Shown one piece after another: positions 30,771 through 37,748 of a DNA stretch of 64,000 nt. The DNA comes from Christensenellaceae bacterium. Its GTDB lineage: Bacteria > Bacillota > Clostridia > Christensenellales > Borkfalkiaceae. The position numbers and the translations under genes are program-made. The notes below the pieces were generated by a model, which searched no databases, had not been told where the DNA came from, and was given only the letters and a program-made list of their open reading frames with translations. The stretch is from assembly GCA_045587465.1 (NCBI GenBank), contig JAZNCJ010000002.1, positions 4,945-68,944 on the forward strand, in the 5' to 3' direction. The number at the start of each line of letters is the position of its first letter. Position 1 is the first letter of the stretch.

Positions 30771-32240
30771 TTACTGTTTTATATTTTTATCTAATGCTTG
30801 ATTTGGAGTATCGCCAACTGATTTTTTGCCGTTTGTTTTTAGTTCTATTACAACAACTTTTGAAAGCATAAAAAGTGCCAAAGCGTTTGGAAGAACCATT
30901 AGGTAATTAAAAAAGTCAGTTAGTTCCCAAACTAAATCGTTTTTGAACACCGTGCCTAAAAATACAAACAATATTGCAATTATTGTATAAACAATAGATG
31001 ATTTTTTTCCAAAAAGATATGTGAAATTTATCTTGCCAAACAAATTCCAGCTTATAATCGTTGAAAAAGCAAAGAAGAATAAGCAAATAGCAACGAATAC
31101 ACCACCGATTTTAAGACCTAAATTGCTTCCGTTAAATATGCTGGCTATTGCGTTTTGAACTAAGTTTGTTTTGTCAATTCCTAAGCTCAATGCAATTTCA
31201 AGCTTTTCAGGTGATGAAAGCATGCCGTTTCCTGCATAAAGGGTTGTTATTATAATTAACGCCGTCATTGTCAAAACAACAAAAGTATCAAAGAAAACGC
31301 CTATCATTGCGCTAACTCCCTGCTGATGCGCAGTATCAACGTTTGCAAGGGCGTGTGCGTGTGGAGTTGAGCCCATGCCTGCTTCGTTTGAAAACAAGCC
31401 CCTTTTTGCGCCTTGACTTATTGCTATTTTAAGTGCAGCGCCTATGCCTCCACCGATTATCGCTTGGGGAACAAACGCAAACTTAAAAATCATTAAAAAT
31501 GCTTCAGGAATAACTGATACGTTAAAAGCAATTACTATTATGCCACTCAGTAGATAAAATACTGCCATTATAGGCACTATTTTTTCGGTGACCGACGCAA
31601 TTCTTTTTACTCCACCGATAAATATTAAAGCCGAAATAATTGCAAGTATAATTCCAATTATCCACGATTTTACACCTGAAACGCTACTTATAGTACTTGC
31701 AATTGCATTAGACTGCACGGTTGCGCCAACAAAGCCAAGTGCTAAAACTGCAGCAATAGCAAAAAATCCTGCTAAAAACTCGCCAAATTTGCCCTTAAAC
31801 GCTTTCTTTATATAGTAAACAGGCCCACCTGAAACAGAGCCGTCTTTGCTAATAACCTTTGTTTTTTGGGCAAGTACTGCTTCTGAATAGTTAGTTGCCA
31901 TGCCGAAAAAAGCAATTACCCACATCCAAAATATTGCACCCGGTCCACCTGTGAGAATTGCCCCACTTGCGCCGATTATGTTTCCCGTTCCCACTTGTGC
32001 TGCGATTGCCGTTGTAAAAGCCTGAAACGAGCTCATTCCACCCTTTTGTTTTTTGCCGTTAAGTTTAAGATTGCCAAATACCTGTTTTATACCTTGCTTA
32101 AAACAACGAACTTGCACAAACCTTGTTTTTATGGTATAAAAAATTCCTATGCCTACTAATAAAATTATTAAAACGTAATCTGATAGATAGGCGTTTATAG
32201 TTTTTATTACGCTGTATAATCCATCTAAAAACTCTTGCAT
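30771..32240 (-). CDS. alanine/glycine:cation symporter (AGCS family)
   Basis: 489-aa polytopic protein with a typical AGCS N-terminus and the GGPGAIFWMW motif. Confidence 0.9.
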   Translation of the reverse strand: MQEFLDGLYSVIKTINAYLSDYVLIILLVGIGIFYTIKTRFVQVRCFKQGIKQVFGNLKLNGKKQKGGMSSFQAFTTAIAAQVGTGNIIGASGAILTGGPGAIFWMWVIAFFGMATNYSEAVLAQKTKVISKDGSVSGGPVYYIKKAFKGKFGEFLAGFFAIAAVLALGFVGATVQSNAIASTISSVSGVKSWIIGIILAIISALIFIGGVKRIASVTEKIVPIMAVFYLLSGIIVIAFNVSVIPEAFLMIFKFAFVPQAIIGGGIGAALKIAISQGAKRGLFSNEAGMGSTPHAHALANVDTAHQQGVSAMIGVFFDTFVVLTMTALIIITTLYAGNGMLSSPEKLEIALSLGIDKTNLVQNAIASIFNGSNLGLKIGGVFVAICLFFFAFSTIISWNLFGKINFTYLFGKKSSIVYTIIAILFVFLGTVFKNDLVWELTDFFNYLMVLPNALALFMLSKVVVIELKTNGKKSVGDTPNQALDKNIKQ

Positions 32241-32250
32241 AATTTACCTC

Positions 32251-32281
32251 AAAATAAAAGGAGTTGCAAACCTACAACTCC
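32251..32281 (-). terminator. riboswitch-controlled intrinsic terminator
   Basis: Minus strand GGAGTTG-n8-CAACTCC followed by TTTTATTTT, just before the SD of the symporter gene. Confidence 0.7.
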
Positions 32282-32299
32282 GAAAAACACTTTTGTAAT

Positions 32300-32420
32300 A
32301 AAAGCCGTTCCGTCCTTTTGCCTGAGAGATTGGGGGCTAAAAACCCTTTGCACCTTCGGCACTCAAAATTAAGAGATTCTCCGGAATTTCTCCCCTTTCA
32401 GTCTAACAATCCTAAAAGGT
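32300..32420 (-). promoter_or_regulatory. glycine riboswitch (single complete aptamer, possible ghost half upstream)
   Basis: Minus strand TTCCGGAGAATCTC...GTGCCGAAGGTGCAAAGGG...CCCCAATCTCTCAGGCAAAAGGACGGAACGG, with P1 TTCCG/CGGAA. CUCUCAGGCAAAAGGAC and CCGAAGG.GCAA are the family hallmarks. Confidence 0.85.
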
Positions 32421-32445
32421 TCAACGAATATATTTTATTGTTTTT

Positions 32446-32475
32446 ATTATAACATATGTTCAGCTATTAAGTCAA
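32446..32475 (-). promoter_or_regulatory. sigma-A type promoter of the glycine-riboswitch operon
   Basis: Minus strand TTGACT, 18 nt, TATAAT. Confidence 0.5.
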
Positions 32476-32485
32476 ACGTTTAAAA

Positions 32486-33418
32486 CTATTCCCCATCAAA
32501 CAGTGGCGTAGAAAAATATCTTTCAGCCGTGTCAGGAAGCACCGTCACAACAGTTTTGCCCTTGCCTAAAAGTTTTGCAAGGCGTTTTGCAGCCGCAACG
32601 TTTGTGCCTGATGAGATTCCACACATAATACCCTCAAGCCTTGCTAAATCCCTTGAGGTTTCAAGCGCTTCTTGGTCTGATATAATGCAAATATCTTCAT
32701 AAATATTGCAATTAAGCACTGGTGGGATTAAGCCGTCACCTATGCCCATTTGTATGTGCGAGCCGATTGTTCCACCTGCTAGGATGGCTGCATTTTCAGG
32801 CTCTACTGCCCAAATTTTTATGTCTGGGTTTTGCGCTTTTAATACTTCGCCAATGCCAGTTATGGTGCCACCTGTGCCAATGCCTGAACAAAAGCCGTGT
32901 ATAGGCCCTGCCACTTGCTCTAAAATCTCAAGCCCTGTGTGGTGGCGATGCACCATAGGGTTTGCAGGGTTTTCAAATTGCTGTGGCACGAAAACGTTTT
33001 TGTTTTCTTTTGCCATTTCAAGCGCTTTTTTTAAACACCTGTCAATGCAGTCGCCAATATTTCCGTCATCGTGAATTAAAATAACCTCTGCACCATAGTG
33101 GCGAACGAGCTTTCTTCTTTCTTCACTGACCGAGTCTGGCATTATGATAATAGTCTTGTAGCCCTTAACAGCACCCACAAGCGCAAGACCTATGCCTTGA
33201 TTGCCACTCGTTGGCTCAACGATAATGGTGTCTTTACCAATAAGCCCTTTACTTTCAGCATCTGAAATCATATTGAAGGCCGTGCGAGTCTTAATTGAGC
33301 CACCGATATTAAGCCCTTCTATTTTAACCAAAATATCGGCGCTGTCACTATCTACCATATTATTTAATTTTACAATAGGCGTATGCCCTATTGCTTCTAA
33401 AACGTTTTTATATACCAT
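32486..33418 (-). CDS. cysK: cysteine synthase / O-acetylserine sulfhydrylase family (PLP-dependent)
   Basis: HTPIVKLN, the GGSIKTR lysine motif, and the glycine-rich loop GIGTGGTITG. Confidence 0.85.
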   Translation of the reverse strand: MVYKNVLEAIGHTPIVKLNNMVDSDSADILVKIEGLNIGGSIKTRTAFNMISDAESKGLIGKDTIIVEPTSGNQGIGLALVGAVKGYKTIIIMPDSVSEERRKLVRHYGAEVILIHDDGNIGDCIDRCLKKALEMAKENKNVFVPQQFENPANPMVHRHHTGLEILEQVAGPIHGFCSGIGTGGTITGIGEVLKAQNPDIKIWAVEPENAAILAGGTIGSHIQMGIGDGLIPPVLNCNIYEDICIISDQEALETSRDLARLEGIMCGISSGTNVAAAKRLAKLLGKGKTVVTVLPDTAERYFSTPLFDGE

Positions 33419-33520
33419 ATTTCTTTCTCTCTTTTTTGCTTATTAAATTATACAATATATTATATAAAAAAATCAATCGTTTTGGCATTTAATTTTTAGC
33501 AATACTATTTTATTAGATAT

Positions 33521-33835
33521 ATGAGCATATATTTCCAACCTTGTTGCAATAAATATGATTACACCGAAATTCAATTATATATACCTAAGGACTTTGTAAC
33601 TGTTGGTGGACCATATGGACCTATGCAAAAACCATCTAATTGGTCTATGATAAAAAAATGTAAAGTTGATACTGAAGAATTTTTCAAATCAATTAATGGA
33701 CTTGCTCATGGTAAATATTCTTTTATTCTAAAACAATATGATAAAAATTCTAATCTTCTTTTAGAAACAGAACATATTGAATTTTCAATTTCTGCTCCAA
33801 AGCAAAAAATAGTTGGTCGTGTAAATAAAATATAG
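33521..33835 (+). CDS. orphan hypothetical protein (104 aa), uncertain
   Basis: Open frame followed by a good terminator, but with no SD at the annotated ATG. It is visibly more AT-rich than its neighbours and has no motif I recognise. Confidence 0.35.
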   Translation: MSIYFQPCCNKYDYTEIQLYIPKDFVTVGGPYGPMQKPSNWSMIKKCKVDTEEFFKSINGLAHGKYSFILKQYDKNSNLLLETEHIEFSISAPKQKIVGRVNKI

Positions 33836-33870
33836 AAAAAAGCCCGAAATTGCTTCGGGCTTTACTTTTT
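33836..33870. terminator. bidirectional intrinsic terminator
   Basis: AGCCCGAA-attgc-TTCGGGCT, flanked by A-run and T-run. It serves the plus-strand ORF and the minus-strand micro-gene. Confidence 0.8.
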
Positions 33871-33910
33871 GACAACAAGACGGAATCCCACGGCACTTTT
33901 GGGAGCCAAT

Positions 33911-33970
33911 CTAATTATATGTGATATCTCCAAAAGAAAATATCATAAGAGCCTTAAAAAAGGCTTTCAT
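33911..33970 (-). CDS. 19-codon micro-ORF MKAFFKALMIFSFGDITYN
   Basis: ATG at 33970 lies 5 nt after a perfect GGAGGTG SD. It has its own promoter, a 5' stem-loop and a terminator. See findings. Confidence 0.45.
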   Translation of the reverse strand: MKAFFKALMIFSFGDITYN

Positions 33971-34030
33971 AAAATCACCTCCGTCTTGTAACAATTCAAA
34001 ATATAAGTGCCTCAAATTTTGAATAATGCC

Positions 34031-34059
34031 ATTTTACTACAATTATATTAAATAATCAA
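34031..34059 (-). promoter_or_regulatory. sigma-A type promoter of the micro-ORF transcript
   Basis: Minus strand TTGATT, 17 nt, TAAAAT. The transcript would begin with the perfect 9-bp hairpin ATTCAAAAT/ATTTTGAAT. Confidence 0.45.
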
Positions 34060-34108
34060 GTAAAAAACATGTCGGGAGGGTTGCTTAAATCTAAAATGTT
34101 TTATCTTT

Positions 34109-34143
34109 GGGTGGGACTTATTGTCTCGCCCTTTTCTATTTTT
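34109..34143 (+). terminator. plus-strand terminator-like hairpin with no upstream gene
   Basis: GGGTGGGAC-ttatt-GTCTCGCCC (9 bp including 2 G:U pairs), followed by TTTTCTATTTTT. Confidence 0.45.
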
Positions 34144-34145
34144 GA

Positions 34146-34194
34146 GCAAAAAAAGAACGCAAACTAAACCTTTTGTGGTTCAATTTACGTTCTT
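34146..34194 (-). terminator. minus-strand intrinsic terminator after the tRNA-derived debris
   Basis: Minus strand AAGAACG...CGTTCTT long hairpin followed by a 7-nt U-run. Confidence 0.6.
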
Positions 34195-34195
34195 A

Positions 34196-34212
34196 TTGGC
34201 ACGCCGTAAGGG
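34196..34212. repeat. 17-nt exact direct repeat of the tRNA-Arg 3' end (second copy 34357-34373)
   Basis: TTGGCACGCCGTAAGGG occurs at both positions, 161 nt apart. Confidence 0.9.
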
Positions 34213-34285
34213 TGATTCCCCTACTAGGGGAAATGTCCGTAGGACAAAAGGGTTGCCGTCTCACGCTAGTGAATCGAACCCCTAC
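34197..34285 (-). pseudogene. decayed tRNA-Arg-derived fragments
   Basis: On the minus strand AGGGGAATCACCCTTACGGCGTGCCA (3' end) and GTCCTACGGAC (anticodon-arm-like, ACG retained) resemble the tRNA. So does AGGGGTTCGATTC (T-arm-like, 34271-34284). There is no matching 5' acceptor strand, so it is not a functional tRNA. Confidence 0.55.
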
Positions 34286-34320
34286 GGGGTTCGCTATCCC
34301 CACTTTTCGTGGGGATAGCG

Positions 34321-34355
34321 AAAAAGGACAAGATGCTTTTATCTTGTCCTTTTTC
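34321..34355 (-). terminator. intrinsic terminator immediately after tRNA-Arg
   Basis: AAAAAGGACAAGAT-n6-ATCTTGTCCTTTTT (bidirectional shape). Confidence 0.75.
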
Positions 34356-34357
34356 GT

Positions 34358-34434
34358 TGGCACGCCGTAAGGGATTCGAACCCCTGGCCTTCGGTTCCGT
34401 AGACCGACGCTATATCCAGCTTAGCTAACGGCGC
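34358..34434 (-). tRNA. tRNA-Arg (anticodon ACG), CCA encoded
   Basis: Sense strand GCGCCGTTAGCTAAGCTGGATATAGCGTCGGTCTACGGAACCGAAGGCCAGGGGTTCGAATCCCTTACGGCGTGCCA. Anticodon stem TCGGT/ACCGA, loop CTACGGA. Confidence 0.9.
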
Positions 34435-34470
34435 ATATTCAGTAAAGGCTGTTTTTTCGACAGCCTTTAC

Positions 34471-34499
34471 ATTTTATAACAAAACTCTTTAAATGTCAA
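34471..34499 (-). promoter_or_regulatory. sigma-A type promoter for tRNA-Arg
   Basis: Minus strand TTGACA, 17 nt, TAAAAT, directly after the alaS-like stop. A hairpin (34442-34470) lies between it and the tRNA. Confidence 0.45.
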
Positions 34500-34511
34500 A
34501 CGTTTTAGCAA

Positions 34512-36335
34512 TTATTTTAAGATTGCTTTAATTCTTCTAACGCCACTTGACGAACTCTCTTCTTTCTTGATGATAAACTCTCCTAAATCACCAGTGTTCT
34601 TTGCGTGTGGGCCACCACAAATTTGTTTATCAATGCCGTCGATTGTGTAAATTGAAACGACCTGGTCGTCACTTTCAGCAGTGAACACGCCATAAGCACC
34701 CTCAGCAACTGCCTTTTTGTATGGCATTTCGCTTCTAACAACGTCGATTTTCTTTGCTATAACGTCGTTTACAAAGTCTTGAAGCTCTTTTATTTCAGCA
34801 TCAGTCATCTTGTGGTCTAAGTTAAAGTCAAACCTTAATCTTTCTTCGGTTATATTAGAGCCTTTTTGTTCAGTTCCGTTGCCGAACATTTTTCTAAGTC
34901 CTGCAAGCATAATGTGTGTTGCAGTGTGATAGTTTGTTGTCACTTCCGTTCTTTCAGTAAGGCCACCTTTAGCAGAACTTGCTTGTGCTTTAGATAGCTC
35001 TTGGTGTTCTTTGAACGCTTGGTTAAAGCCTGCTTCATCAACAGTAAGCCCCTTTTCGCTAGCAAGCTCGATAGTGAGCTCTAATGGAAAACCGAAAGTA
35101 TCGTAAAGCCTAAACGCTTGTTTTCCTGTAATTTGAGTTTCTTCTATATAACTTGGGTCTTTTTCACGCATAAAGGCGTTCTTTCTTTGCATACCAAACA
35201 CGCATTTATCAAACTCTTTCATGCCAGCAAGAAGTGCTGCTTCAAACTTTTTGATTTCTTTTGTGATTTCATCTAAGATATAATCTTCTTTTTCAACTAA
35301 AAGTGGATATGCCTCGTCATAAATTTTTTCAATAAAGATTTTTGCAACTGAAAGCATTTCCGTTGCATCAATGCCAAGATTTTTGCAATATCTTATTGCA
35401 CGGCGCATAAGTCTTCTTAAAATATATCCTGCGCCTGTGTTTGATGGCACAATTCCTTTAATATCGCCGATGAGCATAACCGACGTACGAGTATGGTCTG
35501 CGATAATACGCATAGCCTTTGTGTCTTCTGCATTTTCGCCATACTTTTTGCCACTGACAGTTTCTAAGTGTTTAATGGTGTCAGCAAAAAGGTCGGTTTT
35601 ATAGCCATCGTCTAAGCCGTTTAAGAAAAGTAAAAGCCTATCAAGGCCAAAACCTGTGTCAACGTTTTTGTTTTCTAGTTCCTCATAGCCGTTTTCAAGC
35701 TTTTTATACTGCATATAAACGTCGTTGCCGATTTCAACGTATCTACCACAATCACAGTTGACGTCACAAGTATCACAGCAAGCGTTGTCGTGGCGTGGAT
35801 AAAACCACTCGTTATCAGGGCCACAAGGCGTTCCCACCGTACCTTCTAATTCCCACCAGTTGTTTGACTTGTCGAGATAGAAAATGTTTTCTGGCTTTAT
35901 GCCAAGTTGTTTTAAGTAATTAGCAGTTTCTTCGTCCCTTGGTGCAGACTCGTTGCCTTCAAACACCGTTGAGCAAATTTTATCTTTATCAAAACCGAAA
36001 ACCTCGGTTAAAAGTTCAAACGACCAACGTGTCTTTTCCTTTTTGAAATAATCACCCAAACTCCAGTTGCCCATCATTTCAAAAAAAGTAAAGTGCGTTG
36101 CATCGCCAACCGAGTCAATATCAACAGTTCTAACACAACCTTGAACGTTGCAAAGTCTTGTTCCCTTAGGGTGTTTTTTGCCAAGCAGATATGGCATAAG
36201 TGGTTGCATGCCTGCAACGTTAAACATAACGCCAGTCGTGCCATCGCCGATTAAAGATACTGCGCCGATATTTGTATGACCTTTGCTTTCATAAAATTTT
36301 ATCCATTTTTCTCTTAATTCTTTAGAAGTAATCAT
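34512..36335 (-). CDS. alaS: alanine--tRNA ligase, short form (catalytic and tRNA-recognition domains plus minimal editing core; no C-Ala domain)
   Basis: Class II AlaRS motifs FFEMMGNWSLGDYFK, DTGFGLDRL, RLYDTFGFPLELT. Editing-site HTATH and CGGPH. The protein ends at GVRRIKAILK after 607 aa. Confidence 0.85.
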   Translation of the reverse strand: MITSKELREKWIKFYESKGHTNIGAVSLIGDGTTGVMFNVAGMQPLMPYLLGKKHPKGTRLCNVQGCVRTVDIDSVGDATHFTFFEMMGNWSLGDYFKKEKTRWSFELLTEVFGFDKDKICSTVFEGNESAPRDEETANYLKQLGIKPENIFYLDKSNNWWELEGTVGTPCGPDNEWFYPRHDNACCDTCDVNCDCGRYVEIGNDVYMQYKKLENGYEELENKNVDTGFGLDRLLLFLNGLDDGYKTDLFADTIKHLETVSGKKYGENAEDTKAMRIIADHTRTSVMLIGDIKGIVPSNTGAGYILRRLMRRAIRYCKNLGIDATEMLSVAKIFIEKIYDEAYPLLVEKEDYILDEITKEIKKFEAALLAGMKEFDKCVFGMQRKNAFMREKDPSYIEETQITGKQAFRLYDTFGFPLELTIELASEKGLTVDEAGFNQAFKEHQELSKAQASSAKGGLTERTEVTTNYHTATHIMLAGLRKMFGNGTEQKGSNITEERLRFDFNLDHKMTDAEIKELQDFVNDVIAKKIDVVRSEMPYKKAVAEGAYGVFTAESDDQVVSIYTIDGIDKQICGGPHAKNTGDLGEFIIKKEESSSSGVRRIKAILK

Positions 36336-36353
36336 AATTTTATCCTTTAACCT

Positions 36354-37748
36354 TTACTTTTTTGAAAGTGAATATCCATCTTTGCTATCTTTTACGATAT
36401 AGCCAAGGCTTAAAAGCTCATCTCTAAGTTTATCAGACATTGCCCAGTCTTTATTTTGTCTTGCTTTTGCCCTTTCTTCAGCAATAGCAATGACTTCGGC
36501 TGGAATATCTTGGGCTTGATTTTTATTTTCATAATATTCAATAAACGCCTTAGCATCAGTTGTGAACAGTCCAATGAGTGAATAGGTGTTTTTAATTTGA
36601 TTAATATCAGCGAGCGCACTGCTGTCGCCATTGTTGATTTTTGATTTTATGCTCTTAAATAATCCAAACAAATTGCTTATTGCAAGCGCTGTGTTAAAAT
36701 CATCATCCATTGCCTTGTCAAATGATAGGTCAATGTCCTTATTTTCGCCAGCAATCGCACCGAACTTATCTTCAGCACTTTTGATAATTTTATAAAAATC
36801 ATAAAGATGCGCTTCGGCATCAGGGAAAAGATTATCCGTGACGTTTATATCCCCACGATAGTTTGTTTGCAAAAGCGCAAATTTTATTGTTTCTGGAGAG
36901 TACTTGTCAAGTAAATCTTTAAGTAATAAACTGTTGCCCAAAGACTTGCTCATCTTTTGACCATTGACCTTGATTAGACCGTTGTGTATCCAATATGATG
37001 CAAATTGCTTGCCTGTCAATGCTTCCGTTTGCGCAATTTCATTTTCGTGGTGTGGGAAAATTAAGTCTCTGCCACCACCGTGAATATCTATTTGTTCGCC
37101 AAACGCCTTTTTGTTCATTGTAGAGCACTCTATATGCCAACCTGGTCTGCCTTCGCCCCAAGGAGAAGTCCAACTGATTTCGCCAGGCTTTGCCGATTTC
37201 CAAAGTGCAAAGTCGAGTGGATTTAATTTCATTTCATCGTTTTCAACCCTAACGCCGTTCATAGCGTCTTCTAAGTTTCTATGCGACAACTTGCCGTATG
37301 ATGGAAAACTTTCAACCGAAAAATATACGTCGCCTTTCTCAGTTGCATAAGCGTGGCCTTTTTCAATAAGCGCATTTACAAACTCAATAATCTCGTCAAT
37401 GCTTTGGGTTGCTTTAAGCCAAAGGTTTGGCTCGTCAACTTTAAGCCTTTCCATTTGCTCGTCGATATTTTTAATCATTTGCTTAGCATAAACGTCTGCA
37501 GGGATACCGGTCTCGTTTGATTTTGCGATAATTTTATCATCAACGTCTGTGTAATTTCTTGCATAAGTGACGTCATAGCCTTTCTTTTCCAAATATTTTC
37601 TGATAATATCATAAATAAGCGCTTGATATGCGTGACCAATATGCGCCTGACCGGAAACGGTTATGCCACAAGCATACATTTTAACCTTTCCATCTACGAG
37701 TGGGATAAAATCTTGTTTTTTTCCAGTCAACGTATTATAAATCTTCAT
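36354..37748 (-). CDS. cysS: cysteine--tRNA ligase
   Basis: HIGHA and KMSKS (GQKMSKSLGN) motifs, 464 aa. Confidence 0.97.
   Translation of the reverse strand: MKIYNTLTGKKQDFIPLVDGKVKMYACGITVSGQAHIGHAYQALIYDIIRKYLEKKGYDVTYARNYTDVDDKIIAKSNETGIPADVYAKQMIKNIDEQMERLKVDEPNLWLKATQSIDEIIEFVNALIEKGHAYATEKGDVYFSVESFPSYGKLSHRNLEDAMNGVRVENDEMKLNPLDFALWKSAKPGEISWTSPWGEGRPGWHIECSTMNKKAFGEQIDIHGGGRDLIFPHHENEIAQTEALTGKQFASYWIHNGLIKVNGQKMSKSLGNSLLLKDLLDKYSPETIKFALLQTNYRGDINVTDNLFPDAEAHLYDFYKIIKSAEDKFGAIAGENKDIDLSFDKAMDDDFNTALAISNLFGLFKSIKSKINNGDSSALADINQIKNTYSLIGLFTTDAKAFIEYYENKNQAQDIPAEVIAIAEERAKARQNKDWAMSDKLRDELLSLGYIVKDSKDGYSLSKK

Noticed and set aside
33876-33900. Third, inverted tRNA-Arg-like fragment (GGAATCCCACGGCAC)
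   Set aside because: Only about 12 scattered matching positions. The same bases are better explained as the 3' arm of the SD clamp of the micro-gene.
34197-34357. tmRNA or an unusual functional tRNA downstream of tRNA-Arg
   Set aside because: It has a tRNA-like 3' end but no complementary 5' acceptor strand, no canonical T-arm adjacent to the acceptor, and no tag-peptide frame. It is far too short for tmRNA.
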